Origin: Ostrea edulis
Lineage: Eukaryota
DNA length: 64,000 bases
NCBI RefSeq assembly: GCF_947568905.1
Contig: NC_079165.1
Coordinates: 105,648,001 to 105,712,000, forward strand
Reading direction: 5' to 3'
A model generated the notes under the pieces. It saw only the letters and a program-made list of their open reading frames with translations. It was not told the origin of the DNA and did not search any database. Made by a program: the position numbers and the translations under genes. How positions within the stretch are numbered: position 1 is the first letter of the stretch; each line of letters opens with the position of its first letter. Of this stretch, positions 1 through 13,275 are shown one piece after another.

Positions 1-1
1 T

Positions 2-955
2 AAAATGTGTAAATGGGGTCACAATACATGTTGGAGAATTTCAAACTGTGATACTGAAATTAAATTGCTGAAAAGTACATCACAAGATCATCGTTATGCA
101 TACATGATATTAAAATTTATATCTGAAACAATATTCTCGGGATATATTCAGGATGGTAGTATTCCAACAACCTATGAGATTAAGATGGTTGTTTTGCATC
201 ATATAAACACTTGCATAAACACTTGCAAGATGTGTGCTTTGCCCACCTGCATTCAAAGACTTCTACATGATTTGGCTACCAGTTTTTCACAACAGTCTCT
301 GTCACATTTTGTCAATGGATCCAATTTGCTACAAGGAAACACACGGGGAAAGCTACCGGTGCAAAATAACTCATGGCATAGAAATAGATGTTTAGTTGTC
401 TCAGAATGTTTTTACTTTATTCTTAAACTACTGGGTACCAAGGAACAGTATACTGGGAAAACCTGTATGAAACTATTGAAATATATTGGTAAAACATTTC
501 ATCTTGCTTGGTCTCAGACAGAAGTTGATCCAGTTTATAGCGTTGATCAAGAAAAATTAAAATCTTCCATTACAACCATGTTGACCAAGTTGCACAGTGC
601 AGATCAGGATGATGAAAGTGACTTTTTAAGTGATGCTAACTTTTCATCTTTAATCATAAAGCAGTCTTCTCCCATAAAACATTGGACAAGTGATATTAAG
701 GTGTGGGAATATGAAGGTGTTCGCGAGATGTATCAGAGACATCATTATGAATGCCCTGACCCACCTGGAAAAAGTGTCACACCAGAGGAAAAAATTTTAA
801 TAGAGGCACAGATGTCTTGTGGTTTCCATTCTTGGTCTCATGAAGAGCAAGAAAAATGGAAAACCAAGCTTACTAACAGTGAAGATCCAAATAATATTGT
901 GACTGCATTGAGAGCAGTAGATATGTATTATATGGATATAAAAAAAGAAAACTAA
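2..955 (+). CDS. Mab-21/cGAS-like receptor (cGLR) family protein, C-terminal part; ORF open at the left window edge
   Basis: Motifs in Mab-21 C-lobe order: WRISxxxxE (cf. WRLSFSxxE), YMILKFI (cf. xxLLKxL), TTYEIKMVVLHH (cf. SSYHLKTxLFH), CIQRLLHDL, LSHFVNGSNLL (cf. LPHYFxPxxNLL), then ~205 aa of unrecognised extension. Stop TAA at 953-955. The catalytic N-lobe is outside the window. Confidence 0.8.
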   Translation, partial: KMCKWGHNTCWRISNCDTEIKLLKSTSQDHRYAYMILKFISETIFSGYIQDGSIPTTYEIKMVVLHHINTCINTCKMCALPTCIQRLLHDLATSFSQQSLSHFVNGSNLLQGNTRGKLPVQNNSWHRNRCLVVSECFYFILKLLGTKEQYTGKTCMKLLKYIGKTFHLAWSQTEVDPVYSVDQEKLKSSITTMLTKLHSADQDDESDFLSDANFSSLIIKQSSPIKHWTSDIKVWEYEGVREMYQRHHYECPDPPGKSVTPEEKILIEAQMSCGFHSWSHEEQEKWKTKLTNSEDPNNIVTALRAVDMYYMDIKKEN

Positions 956-1070
956 AAGGGATGACATTTAGGGAGAGTGATCTATATGACATAAACAGAC
1001 ATTCTGTGTAATTCTATGTACCTTGCAAGGTCCAGCTTTGGAACCAGATGATAACTATTTTGAGGATTAA

Positions 1071-1577
1071 AGGGACTGATTCACGATTTCCCCTCAAATT
1101 TTGTTTTTCACTTTAAATGATCAAAATCTATAGTCTAATATGTTTAGAAGGTTTCACAAAAAAAATTAAGGTTATTCATCAAGACAGAAGCTCATTATAG
1201 AGAGTTTATTATTTGTTTTGAAAACAAAGATTGAAGTGTGTTATTGTTTACGAAGTTTTCAAAATAAAGGGATATTGATCCAAGTTTATTAGATATATCA
1301 CATTTCAAGTAAAAAGTATCATTTAAAAGGTAAAATTTGTGATTGTACAAAATGAAGATGGTTTAAATTACAAAAATTAATGTTTCACCGGTTTGTTTGT
1401 TTACATAAAAAGACTCGAGTCTTTGTTTACATAACACAGAACCAAAGCTAAGATACTGCTCTTATCCTTGCATTCAGACGGTCCAAATTTTGGTTGTCAA
1501 CAATAAATGAGTTATATTTTTAATTTTTAACATAAAAAATGATAAACATTTCTTTCAAAAATCGTGAACCAGTCCCT
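1071..1577. mobile_element. Non-autonomous TIR element (MITE) with TTAA target duplication, Kolobok/piggyBac-type
   Basis: TIR AGGGACTGATTCACGATTT vs reverse complement of AAATCGTGAACCAGTCCCT (18/19). TTAA at 1067-1070 and 1578-1581. Confidence 0.85.
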
Positions 1578-2674
1578 TTAAATGAGCTGAATTACAAAAA
1601 AAATTGATGTTCTGTATTTCCGATCATAATTCATGTTGAAGACATTGATCTGAATAAGATCTAGGTATACAGTATCAGTCTGGGAGTCAGAATGTCATTC
1701 GTATTTAAAGGTCAGGAAATAATGGAGAATTTGATCAGTAAATGTCAGCTGAATTAGGCATGTAAACAGTGATGATTAAACATAAACAGGCCTCCAGTTT
1801 ATTGTCTACCTGGTAATTTAGGGTGTAGATTTAACTTTCATTCATCTAACATGGAAAAGATACCCCTACTCAAAACAAAATAGATTGTTTAAAATCATAT
1901 TTATTTATTTCTATAGTATCTCCCTTCGTAGTATTTTTCTTGTGCTTTAGTGTATGTTCAAACTAAAGACTTGGTATGTCACTATCTGACATTTTTGATC
2001 CAAAAAATATTTTGCTTATTTAGTATATGTACATGCAAGTCAGAGGGGAAACAAACCAAATTTTAGTTAGGCTTAGCACTCAAATACTCTTGATGATATC
2101 TTGCATTATTATTGATTACCAAATTATTTTTATATTTCATTTTATGAAATTATACAATTTGCATGCAGATTGCAACAAATTCATAAAGGAGTTATTTTGA
2201 TCATACAAAAATATGAGTCTTTTTTAAAAAAAGATTTCATAAATTGATACTAATGGGAAGCAAACAATATTTTGATTTAGACCAGAGATTTCAATTTCTA
2301 TTGACATTATATTATTTTGTCATGTTTCAATACATGTACTTCACTTCCTAGCTATTTCAATGCTTTACTTTGTGATGGCATTTGATTTGCATGCTATATA
2401 TAATAAATTATTACTAAGGCTATTATGAATGTATGAAGAATTTGTTTTTTAAAATATCTTGTATAATTTGATAGGGACAGTTAGTAAACAGGGTAAAGAT
2501 ACAGTAAATGTAAATATTGCACAAGTCAAATTAGATGCATATCTAGATGTTGTAAATAACAAATGTTTTGAAACAAGAGGTAAAATGTATCTCCCAGTAA
2601 GGCTACCCACGCATAGTGATATTCTGACATATTTGATGATCTTGATTGTATATCCATGTGTTAGGTTCTCCTAG

Positions 2675-2808
2675 GAAAGGTCTGAGTGCAGCTACAGACC
2701 ATGAGGAACCCAGTGACAACAAATCACGCCATGAGGCAATCCCCATAGAGGTCAGCAACGCTAAGCTGGTTCTGTCTGGAGGAGAGGGATATGTGGACTT
2801 CAGAATAG
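2675..2808 (+). CDS. MAPK8IP3: JNK-interacting protein 3/4 (JIP3/SPAG9, Sunday driver/UNC-16), penultimate coding exon
   Basis: Acceptor ttctcctag|G and donor ATAG|gtcaga. Translates KGLSAATDHEEPSDNKSRHEAIPIEVSNAKLVLSGGEGYVDFRI(G), matching the JIP3/4 hallmark LVxSGGEGYIDFRIG. Confidence 0.9.
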
Positions 2809-3368
2809 GTCAGATCTGAATTACAATGATAGTAAACGAGTACATACACTAATGATGCATTTCAAATCAGCAATTTATCTTTTGCACACCGATATAGCAC
2901 TTGTGTTTATTTTAGTATACCGTATGTTGTGTCCTATCTGTTAAAGATGTGTATCGAAGTGGAAATTTATGTGTCAGCATAATCTAAACTTTACATTCAA
3001 TTACCCAGTACATCTATTGGGTATTTGATTTAGATATAGCCTCTAGTTCTAATTATGACTGTGTAGGAGGAATTTGTTGGAGTATACCCCCTTGGTCTCA
3101 AGACTTTTTTGGAAAATAAAAACTGAAACCAAAGGGTTATTCCACAACAATTTCTACAAGTTGATTATTTTCATTCTACTATGGTGATGTTTGTATCATG
3201 TGCAAAGTACAGTTCTTAATTAGAAGACTTGCAGCCATTATATATGTCAAGGTATAAAGTCTCCAATAAACCTCTTGACACGATGATTTTTTGACAACAA
3301 GGGGTTGATGGAAAATTGAACACTGGTGAACTATTGCAGAATATTTCAAATGTGTAATTCTGTTCTAG

Positions 3369-3472
3369 GTGATGGGGATGATGATAACCCAGAAGAGGAA
3401 GAGAAGAAGTTGTCACTTAGCAAAGGAGACAAGAGCCACCTCATTGTATGGGAAGTGAACCACAGCAAATAG
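3369..3472 (+). CDS. MAPK8IP3: JIP3/4 terminal coding exon
   Basis: Acceptor tctgttctag|GT, phase 1, compatible with the previous exon. Translates (G)DGDDDNPEEEEKKLSLSKGDKSHLIVWEVNHSK*, cf. the vertebrate JIP3 end DGEDDE...LSKAERSHIIVWQV. Confidence 0.9.
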
Positions 3473-4441
3473 TCTCATAGAATCCAGGCCACAAGGTCAA
3501 GGACAATGTACTCCTCAAATGTCAATGTATTACAAATGCTCTATGTATGCATACATTATCAATGAATGTATCATGCTTTAGGTCATATGCTTGACCTTAA
3601 TGGAAAATGCTGTTAAGTGCATATTCTTACAGCTGCTATACATGTAAATATATTACTACCTGATTCTTTGAGGTGGTATGAAAGACCAGGCTTTGTGAAG
3701 AATGCAAATATGTACGAATGTGTCAGTACATCAAAAGTAACTGTTATTGTTGTTTTGTAAGTGGTTTTGTTACCAGCAAAAGCATTGATTTATCTTAAGA
3801 AATATGATATTTCTTGGACTCTTATTATTTACCCATGTAAAAGTTAGAGGACTTCGAAAAAAATAAATAGAATATATGGCATTTCTGTTTATTTCATACT
3901 TAGTTCAATCCTTATATCTCTCATTCATGTGCAATATATATCTTGTTGACCTTTCAAATTTTATTTATCGCAATTTTTAATGTTACATGTGTTTATTTAT
4001 TAATCAATCCCATAGAAAATGTAACCAGAAAGGAATTTTCTTCTTAAAATAGGAAGTTGATGTCTGATTATGTAAATCCTCACTGTTTTAATGATTATGA
4101 CACATCCAGTTGAAGGCCAGCTTGTAGCAGTCTTTTGTAAGAAATCATTTTTATTTATTATTCTGTTCACATTTACACCTTGACAGCACCATTACTCTTA
4201 GTTTTTATTTTGTTGATTCTATGTCATGTTAAAGTGTACTAGATCCGAGTGTGCTGTTAAGTATAAGCACTGTTTGTTAGAACTGTGGTGATGTCATCTG
4301 TTCCTATTAAAAATTCAACAACAAAGCAGGAAACATATCAAATTTCTTTGGTACTGAGACATTAATTTTGAATACATGTATTTGTTTTGAAAACGTGTGT
4401 TTATTTTGAATACATACATTTATTTTGAATCAATTATTTTG

Positions 4442-4447
4442 AATAAA
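4442..4447 (+). terminator. Candidate poly(A) signal of JIP3/4 (alternative AATAAA at 3862-3867)
   Basis: AATAAA followed by a U/GU-rich tract, about 1 kb after the stop codon. Confidence 0.3.
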
Positions 4448-6409
4448 TTTGCATTTTAAATAAGTTGCAACAGTTGGTTATGTAATTTTTTTTCTGTGTT
4501 TTTTAAATACTATTTTATTCATTAAGTGTGATATTTCCAAGTTTCCTGTCTATATTTGAATAGAAAAAATTGTTAAGGAATTCAATAGTTATTGGATTTA
4601 AAATCAATGGAAATATTTTTCTTCGGATGGAGATGTTTAGTGAAGTCTGTAATGGTGTATTCATCAGGTATTAATTTTTTGACAGTGTCATTGTGGATAA
4701 GTTTTTTTTTTTACACAAATGGAACCCAACTTTGTTTTAAGTATATTTCCTTATTAATTAAGCAATGGAACACAAAACTCAATAGTCAAGTGGCTTAAAC
4801 TAGCTTTTGAAAGGTTTCTGGTTCAGATATCAGAACAGTCTCTTCATGTTTCATGTTGTTTACTTGGACAAGCTATTTATCTGCATTGTCCAAGCTGAAA
4901 GTGGATACCAGTTCTGACTAAAGGATTCATTTATGCTTGACTTTTGTCTTTCCAGGTGGCATTTATGAATCTCATCCACCTGTTATATTTATGGTCCTTA
5001 TGGCCAGGGGAAAAGTTAGTCTAGTGATAATAAGCAGTTTCATGAAGGAGTATTATGTTAAGCATAAATTGCACATTAAGTTACAACATTTAATGTGCAT
5101 TTCTTTTACAAAGTTGTATCATTAATGAAGAATATTAATGTGTGTATGTTGTCAGAGCATGTTTAAGATACTAAGCTTAATTTATGATAAACATGAATAA
5201 AGCTGCAAATTCATTGTTGGCGTTCATTGCATTGTTATTCATATATTTTCCCAATCCCTTCACAGTGATGACTGCAGAAAATACCCTATTAGAGAATGTC
5301 CTTAGACTGCTGAAGTTATTTTGGGCAGTGTAGCTTTCAATAAGTAAGAGTACAAATGTAGTTCTATTGTAAACTAAATGATTATTATGAACCTGTACTT
5401 GTGTATATTGCTTTAACTTTTCTTCCAAGTGACATTGTCATGCTGCTTCAACTTTTCTTCCTAGTGACATTGTCAAATGACCTAGGAACAGGGTCATGAC
5501 ACATAATTTTGATAGTTACATTGATGGAATGGTCTTGTTTCAACAGGGTCATGACAAACTTCTGATCATAAGCAATTAATGTTTGTGCTAAGTAGGTGCT
5601 TCTAATGTCTCTTCACTACAAAGTTTTGGCTCTGACAGTTTATATGTTTTTACCCTTGACCTTGGTTTAGGATTAGCATAGAGTAAACCCATCTATGTGA
5701 TAAGTGACCTTGAGGCTTCTGCAATTGCTCCTGCATTTCAAAGTCATCCTAAGTACAGATGGTTAAAAAGATATATTGAGAAAGAATACTATTCTTAGTT
5801 ATGTCACATTGCTGAATTGTGGAAGTAGGCATGTAAAACTTTTCTTCAATAAGTTGCATTTACTTTCAACATTTTGGGAAACAGTTTGGTTAAGACTGTT
5901 AAAGAAAATTGTAATGGAAAAAGGCAAGAATGAATTAATGGTAGTTTTTGACATGAAACATTTCCTCCTTTTGTAGAGTTATAAAAAGTTTCTTCAACCA
6001 TTCATATGTTGCTTGTAAAGCAACGATTGGCCAATGAAAATCACTGAACATTTATTTGGCTGTCATATAATTATGATAGTTTAATTCATGTAGTATGGTA
6101 TCTTTTCAAAAGCAAAAATATAGAACTAGACCTACACAACCTAGTCAAAAACGCCAAAACTAGCAGTAAGATTTGATACTTTGTCTCGAGGTCCTTTTCA
6201 AAAAGGGATATTGATCTCTTGACCTTGAACCTAAGTGACTTGAGCGACTTCAGTACTGAATTTTTTATAAAGATATTGCATTACCTAACACCCCCACCCC
6301 CATTTCCCATGAAACTGACAACAGCTGTTCGTCAACTTAATTCACTTAGTACCCGTTTCTCGAATGGAGTAGCGAAGTAGTCTTATTATCAGAGATAAGC
6401 AACCCTTAC

Positions 6410-6796
6410 CAGTGGCTGATTTAAGGGAGGCGCAGCAAGCCAGTGCCCCCCACCCCCCTAAAATTTTCAGATTTAAGGTAAATCGTGATCTGAACGGTAA
6501 AAGAAGCAAGAATTTCTTTCACTCTCAAAGAAATAAATTACAGAATCTTTTGATTAATTGAATTACTTTTATCGGGAGAACTTGCATTTTTTCCAAAAAC
6601 CCTTAAAATTTGCGTCATCTTATTAATTTCACCTTATTAAAAATGACAGAAAATAGTAAAAATGACTACATAGGAGACATATTTCAAGCTCTGTAAAATC
6701 CGGGGCTTCGCCCCATGGGCCCCCATCAGGGCTAAGCCCCAGACTCCCTGCCTCATAAGGTTGCCCTCCCACCCGCTATTCCTGGATCCGCCCCTG
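6410..6796. mobile_element. Non-autonomous DNA element with CAG...CTG imperfect terminal inverted repeats
   Basis: Left CAGTGGCTGATTTAAGG vs reverse complement of right CCTGGATCCGCCCCTG. GC-rich ends in AT-rich DNA. No TSD seen. Confidence 0.55.
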
Positions 6797-8375
6797 CCTG
6801 CGGCGGTATAGTTTCCGCCTAAAATATGTGACGGTGCATGCTGATTTTTAAATTGATGTTGATTTTTTAAAGTTGATTTGATTCCTATCATAAAATGGAA
6901 TCGATTGTATTAAGTTTTGAAATGATTTGATGATCAACAAATATAGGCCTACTAGCTATTAACAAATTATTAACAAATCGTACACATTTCCTGAAATATC
7001 ACCGATTTTTCCTAGTTCGGGTCACATGCTGATTTTTGAAACTTCACATTCATTTTACTTTGAAGTGAAACATCAAGAATTATTGTATTTTGAATATTTT
7101 TGTGATAGGATTTGGAAGGTTTGAACTTTATATCGTGTATTATTAAGGTAGAGCTTAGGCCTAGACGTAATTTAATTCAGAGTGCATTTTTACCGAAAAC
7201 AGGGGATCGCAACTAGCCTAAGGGAATACTAGGGCCAAGTTTTACTGAAGTTGTATACTAAAGACGTACACGTAATAAATAATTTTAAAAAAAAACAACA
7301 ACATTGTATTAGGCCTATATAGATCTATAGGCCTTATACTGCACACGTATGTTGCATATAACCTAGATAACTTAGTAGAGACATTACTATTTCAACCTCC
7401 TCTCGTAAACAGACATGCATGACAGTAAAATAAATCAAGCCCCCCCCCCCCCCCCCCCAAACACACACAGACACACCACCACCCGCAACAACAAAAACAA
7501 CCCAATATATTCCTACTAAATGCAGAAATTCGTACTCAGTCAGAGAAGCCAGTAACAATGTAATTTTGGGCAAAGTGAAGTTCTGTAAATGGACGTTTTA
7601 TTTGTTTTCTCTCATTGTATTCGTGTCTTTACATAAATCAACATGTGCTAGGCGAGCTAAAAGTCAGAACGAATACCACACAGACCTTAAAGGCATATCG
7701 GGCAAAGAGGTCAAAATCCACATCGTGTGGTTAAAATTAGAATGGATATATATTTATAGCAACAAAATTTATTTCAATGGGAGGTAACATTTGTACACCT
7801 CGCAAGATTGTTTTCGTTGGTTATGCTGTTTGTTTTAAGAAAAATGTAATGGGTTACTGTGATTCATCGATGCGACAGAATATTTATACGTGATTTGTGG
7901 CGAATTTTATCTGTTGTTTCGTAAATTGAAGCTTTGTTGTTCGTCATAATCGAGTGCGCCTACACTGGATACAGCTTCGTGCACATTGATTGTAAAATCG
8001 AGTCCGTCCACATTGCATTGTGACCTTGTTCCGCTTATGTTGAGACAACTCTACATGACCCTATCCATGCAGAAGAAAAAAAAAACCGTTTATTTATACA
8101 AGTCTTGGTGAATGGTATTAACGAGTTTCGATGTATACACAGGTAGTTTGGATTAATTATTAATGGCTTTCAAATACCGGCCTTTACGAACTCTTGGTAA
8201 ACACACACACACTCGATCTCATTCATCGACATAACTCGTAGCGCCGCTGAGCCAACAACACGGAAAATATAGGCAAATATATTATTGTAGGAAGGTGTCG
8301 GACAATAAGTCATGATGCGGATTATATACCTCCGACATGTGAAAGCTCGCCTCTTCTGATTTGTAGATGTAGGTA

Positions 8376-8513
8376 ATGAACACGGACTGTGCAGTTCTTG
8401 ACGAGCAACGAAATAAAAAGAAAGAAAAGAAAAAAAATGGATCGCAGCGGGCACCTGCCATAGAACACTCGAAAGGAAGTGTTTATTGTACATGTTCTTG
8501 GAATTCTGGATAA
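8376..8513 (+). promoter_or_regulatory. Upstream ORFs in the presumed ADCY9 5' leader (45-aa in-frame uORF 8376-8513; 8-aa uORF 8437-8463)
   Basis: ATG 8376 to TAA 8511-8513, then AAA and the main ATG. A nested ATG at 8437 in AAAATGG context ends at TAG 8461-8463. The TSS is unknown. Confidence 0.45.
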
Positions 8514-8516
8514 AAA

Positions 8517-9990
8517 ATGGCAAGTAACGGGAATACAAAGGGAGGAGATAATCTCTACCTTACCACCATGGACACAATTGATCCCAAAACTGTATGTTTG
8601 GATTTAGAAGGGGAAGAAAATGACATGAATGGGTCCGACAAACAGACGTGGGTCAAGTGGCCTATTCTGTTTGAGAGAGCTTCAGGTAGCTGGTGGAATC
8701 CGAAATTTGACTCGCATATTTTAGAACGAGAACAGTGGGAAAAGTCATTCCCTCAGACTCGTCGGAGATTTCGTGATATCCTGTTCATCATTCTAGTGTC
8801 TTGTCTAGCATGGAGTGTTTTCTTTGGAATAAGGCAGAATGCACATTGGTTAGATTTTTTGATAGGCAGTCTCATTCTCCTGTTTTTAATAGCATTAATT
8901 CTAGGCTTTACATTTACCAAATTCTATAAGAGATTTTATCTACTGACCTCAATAGTTCTGTCAGTGCTGTTATGTGGGGGGATCCTAGCCCAGTTTTTGT
9001 ACAGTAACTCTTTAGTGTCCACTGTCGGGACTTTCACTGCCTCCATTGAAGTCTTATTTATGATGTATACTGTGATACCAATGCCACTGTTTATGTCCAT
9101 TGGACTTGGGGTCACACATTCCATATTATATGAGGTACTAGTTGCAGTGAGAAATGAGCACATGCAGCAACCAATATTCATAATTGGGAAAGCTCTCTTG
9201 CACCTGTGTGTCCATGTAATGGGTATCCATATCTTCTTGATGTCTCAAGTGGGTCAGAGGAGTACGTTCTGGAAAATTGGTCAATCTGTGATGGCTCAGA
9301 GAGAATTGAAAAATGAAAAGAGAATTAAAGAGAAGATGATCCACTCCCTCATGCCTCCCTCTGTTGCACAAGAAGTGATGGCTTCACGACAGGATAAAGA
9401 GCAAAATCCCGATGAGGACTCGAGATCCAAAAAACGTAACTCGAGGTCCAAAAATGTAAAAGGAGAAATCATATTTCGTCCCTTCAACATGAACACCATG
9501 GACAATGTTAGTATATTATTTGCAGACATAGTAGGCTTTACTAAAATGAGCTCAAACAAAACTGCAGCTCATTTAGTAGGTTTGTTGAATGACTTGTTTG
9601 GAAGGTTCGATTCTCTGTGCACAAATTCAGGATGCGAGAAGATAAGTACCCTCGGGGACTGTTACTACTGTGTGTCTGGATGTCCCCAGTCACGAGAGGA
9701 CCATGCAACATGCTGTGTGGAGATGGGGCTGGGTATGATCACCGCCATTAAAGAGTTTGACAGAGACAACAATGAGTCGGTGAACATGAGGGTAGGTGTT
9801 CACACTGGTACTGTACTCTGTGGTATTGTTGGCAGACAGAGGTTCAAGTTTGATGTCTGGTCCAATGATGTCACACTAGCTAACACCATGGAGTCTAGTG
9901 GCCTCCCGGGAAAAGTGCATATTTCGGAGGCCTCCCTCAGCTTCCTCAATAGAGAGGATTATGACTTAGACGAGGGCCCAGATGTTCAGG
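8517..9990 (+). CDS. ADCY9: Adenylate cyclase type 9, coding exon 1 (N-terminus, M1 transmembrane cassette, C1a catalytic domain)
   Basis: AC9-type motifs WWNPKFDS, VSILFADIVGFTKMS, EKISTLGDCYYC, FDVWSNDV and six hydrophobic segments. Donor CAGG|gtgagt at 9991 (phase 1). In-frame TAA just upstream of the ATG. Confidence 0.96.
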
Positions 9991-12900
9991 GTGAGTATTT
10001 TACAATGTTTCATTGATACATGTACATGATTGCAGTTAAATTCCAGAGTTTTAAAAAGGTGCGATTCAGCAGACAAACTGGGATTGTCTGTGTCGGGCTT
10101 TCTGTGAGGCGATATTCGATACGTAGTTGATACGTAAGTTTAGAATACTAGTACCTGGTACATAGAGTATACATTATAACTGCACACCTTTTCTCCAGAT
10201 AATGGAATTTTGTCCCTCCTCATGGATAAAATTACATCTATATATACATTGCATAAAGTACATGTATATTGATTTATATCGGGTTATACAAAACTTAGAT
10301 ATGTCATTTGATATTTGCATTATGATAGAAAGGGCTTTTTTTTTTTGGTATTAAATTCTGATGGAAAGGTTCATGACTGCAATGTTGCACCTGCTTGAAA
10401 ACGAAATTAATGTCATCCTGATATTGAGTATGATGAGAGTAAAATTGTTATGGATGTACATTGTTATGTGAAAATATTAAATGAATATTAACACTTAGCA
10501 CCAGTCCAACATGTTTGATGTAATCTAATATCATTAGACAAACCAATGAATACTGAAAGCTGGTTTAGAGAAATTACTTTTGAAAGACAGTCTGATCTAA
10601 ATTGGGTTTTGAAATGACTTGGGAACAGTTGGGTATAATTAACTGCTGCATCCCTCTGTGGTATTTTCTAAGATAATGAGAAAATGGATTGAATATCTTC
10701 ATTCAAACCTAGGTCAGGGTTAACCTGATTAAAGCATGCCGTTACAAAAAAAAAAAAAAAACCTTCAAGATACCCATCCACTTATTAGCTTTTAAAATGT
10801 AATTACTTGAGTCGAAACTTGAATAACAGAGTCACCTAGGACAGCCATATATTGCACTTGTTAATAATAGCAAAGTGTTTGATTTCTCAAAGACATTACT
10901 AAGAACACAATGTGAAAAATGATTTATCGTGTCTATAGACAAGTTCGGTCATAAAAGAAAACAATCTTTCACACTCGCACACGAGTACTTCAAGGTACAT
11001 TATCATACAAATTGTTAAAAGCTTTTAAAGGATGCACCGTTTTTCAGCTTCTTAGAGACGGTGTAATTGGACAGTAAAGGTTCATATATATGCATGTGTT
11101 TTGGTGGATATCAGTTGTTTGTATATCAGGTTACAGTAACACATGCATGCACCAGACACTCTTAAATTCCATTGACTGTGAAATGGGGAAAAAACACATT
11201 TTTTTTTCTTTCTTATCTTTTGATTTTGGTCATTTACTTAACACCTGATCAGGTAAGAATTCAGAACACATGCAAATACACTCATTATCAATGTTTCATT
11301 GATTGGTTATAATTATAGATCAGTCGATGAATTGTTGGTTCAAATCAAGCACTTGTTAAATACTTTATAGAAAAGAAGTATGTTTCCGATCATCTGATGT
11401 TGATTTTCACTTTCAACCATAGTTTATTGTAGATTTATAAAAAAAAATACATGAGGAATTTATTTTGTGTAATTTACCAAGAAGCACCACTAGCATTTAG
11501 TAAACTTAACTCACTGACTTTTTTAAAATATGAAATACATGTAAAAACTCGTGATCAATATGTCTACTTGTGAATTCATGTTCTCATCATTTGAAGTGTA
11601 AGAGTTATTTTACAATATTAAGTACTGCATCAGATAAGGAATCTACAGTATTAGTGAGAATATTTTAGCCACAATTTGTCCATCTTGTCCTTAGCATAGA
11701 AAAGTTTACTGCAACAAGTGCAAGAACATTCCTATGCTCCATATACAGTATTTTAAGAATACAAAATAAAATGAAATAAGATCAAAACTAGATATCATAA
11801 GAATTAAGGAAACACATACATGATATAACAGAATAATAGTATTTCTACTGAACCTCTAGTTGGCTGGAATAAGAAAAGATCATATACACCTGTACACTAT
11901 AAACACATGTCTGACATAAAAAAGCCAGACCAAAAAAAAACCAATGCTTTACTTATACTATGTTTAAAGAATTGCACACAAAACACAAAAATACCCAAAT
12001 CATATGATATGAAGGAGGAATCAATTTTTTACTGTTTAATCAATTGATACTATTTTCAGGTTTCTGGCAAGTCTTGATAATATGAATATGATTGGCAATT
12101 AGATAAAATGAGAGAGAACCAAAGTTCTATCATAGATTTATATAAGATTCCATCTGATTTCTATCCTTAGCACTCTATAAAGACTTGCAACAATTTTTTT
12201 GTCAACACTGTGGATAACTTTGCTGCATCATGATTAATGTTCTCTATACACTATGGAACTGTTTTGGTCTTGTGAGCTACTTGGGACAGGGGCAGATGAT
12301 TAATTTAGTAGCTTGATGAATGTGTAAGGTGAAACTGTCTCTGAACTTGACTCCATACAGAAGCATGTTGACAGGGGCCCCACATTATTCTGAAGTCTTT
12401 TTCGTTGATGGTCACAGCTTGTATGCATAAAACCAGATTTTTTTTAAATATTGATGTGCAAACTTGAGTAAAAAGAAAATGAATTCTATAGGTTGTAGTG
12501 AAGAATGTATTTCATTTCTTACACAAGCTGTCTAGCAAACATATTGTACATAATTATCTTATACATGAAAATTACCCTCAATATGCATGAGTCTTAAGCT
12601 GCATCAAACTGATTATTGAACATTCTTACTGAGATGGAGGACCATTTTAAACAATGGGATTAAGAATGTGTTTATTCTGTGTTCTTTGTGTCATTGACCA
12701 GTGGAATTAAGTAGATTAAGATAGGTATTTGTTTCCATATGGCCTCTCTAGACAAGAACAGAAATTTCAGGTTAAGGGATACTCCTGACAACATTTAAAA
12801 TCAATATTCATTACTCACTGAACCATTGATTCTCATTTAGTCTAATTCCCCATGTCCGACTGGATCTAAATTCACATTTCTCATGAATATTGGTAATCAT

Positions 12901-13079
12901 GGCGATTGAGCTCAATGAAGTAAATTTCTGCATTAGCTATAAAGACAGTCAATAAAAGTGTACAATACTTAACAGAGCTTATGTGGTTTTGCATGATAGC
13001 AATCTTGTTAAGTAAAAGTCCAAGTTCATGAAATGGATGGCCACATTTTAATTAGGGTTATTAAAGCGTTTATTAGTGA

Positions 13080-13275
13080 TTGATTGAATGATTTATTGTT
13101 AAGTGTCCCCTCCCCTTCCTCAGAGAATTTTTTTCGTTCTCATTTATAGACATCAGTAGTTTTACATGTAGTGCTACAGATTTAGATCTAGGTGCATTGG
13201 ACCATTTATCATTTAGGGTTCTTTATTGTGTCACACTCATCATGACAAAGGACTTCAGCTGTTTTAAGGTCTCTG
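13080..13275 (-). mobile_element. Degenerate SINE copy, same family as 46324-46563
   Basis: Reverse complement of segments resembles GTGGCACGATAAAGATCCC and ATGAGTGAAAAATTCTC, and there is a (TGAT)n tail. Confidence 0.45.

Noticed and set aside
8170-9559. Minus-strand ORFs overlapping the ADCY9 leader and exon 1 (also 47133-47954)
   Set aside because: Antisense shadows of real coding or leader sequence, with no recognisable motifs.
2-9990. cGLR plus adenylate cyclase as a co-regulated cyclic-nucleotide signalling cluster
   Set aside because: The two are separated by the JIP3/4 3' end. Proximity alone in an animal genome gives no evidence of functional linkage.
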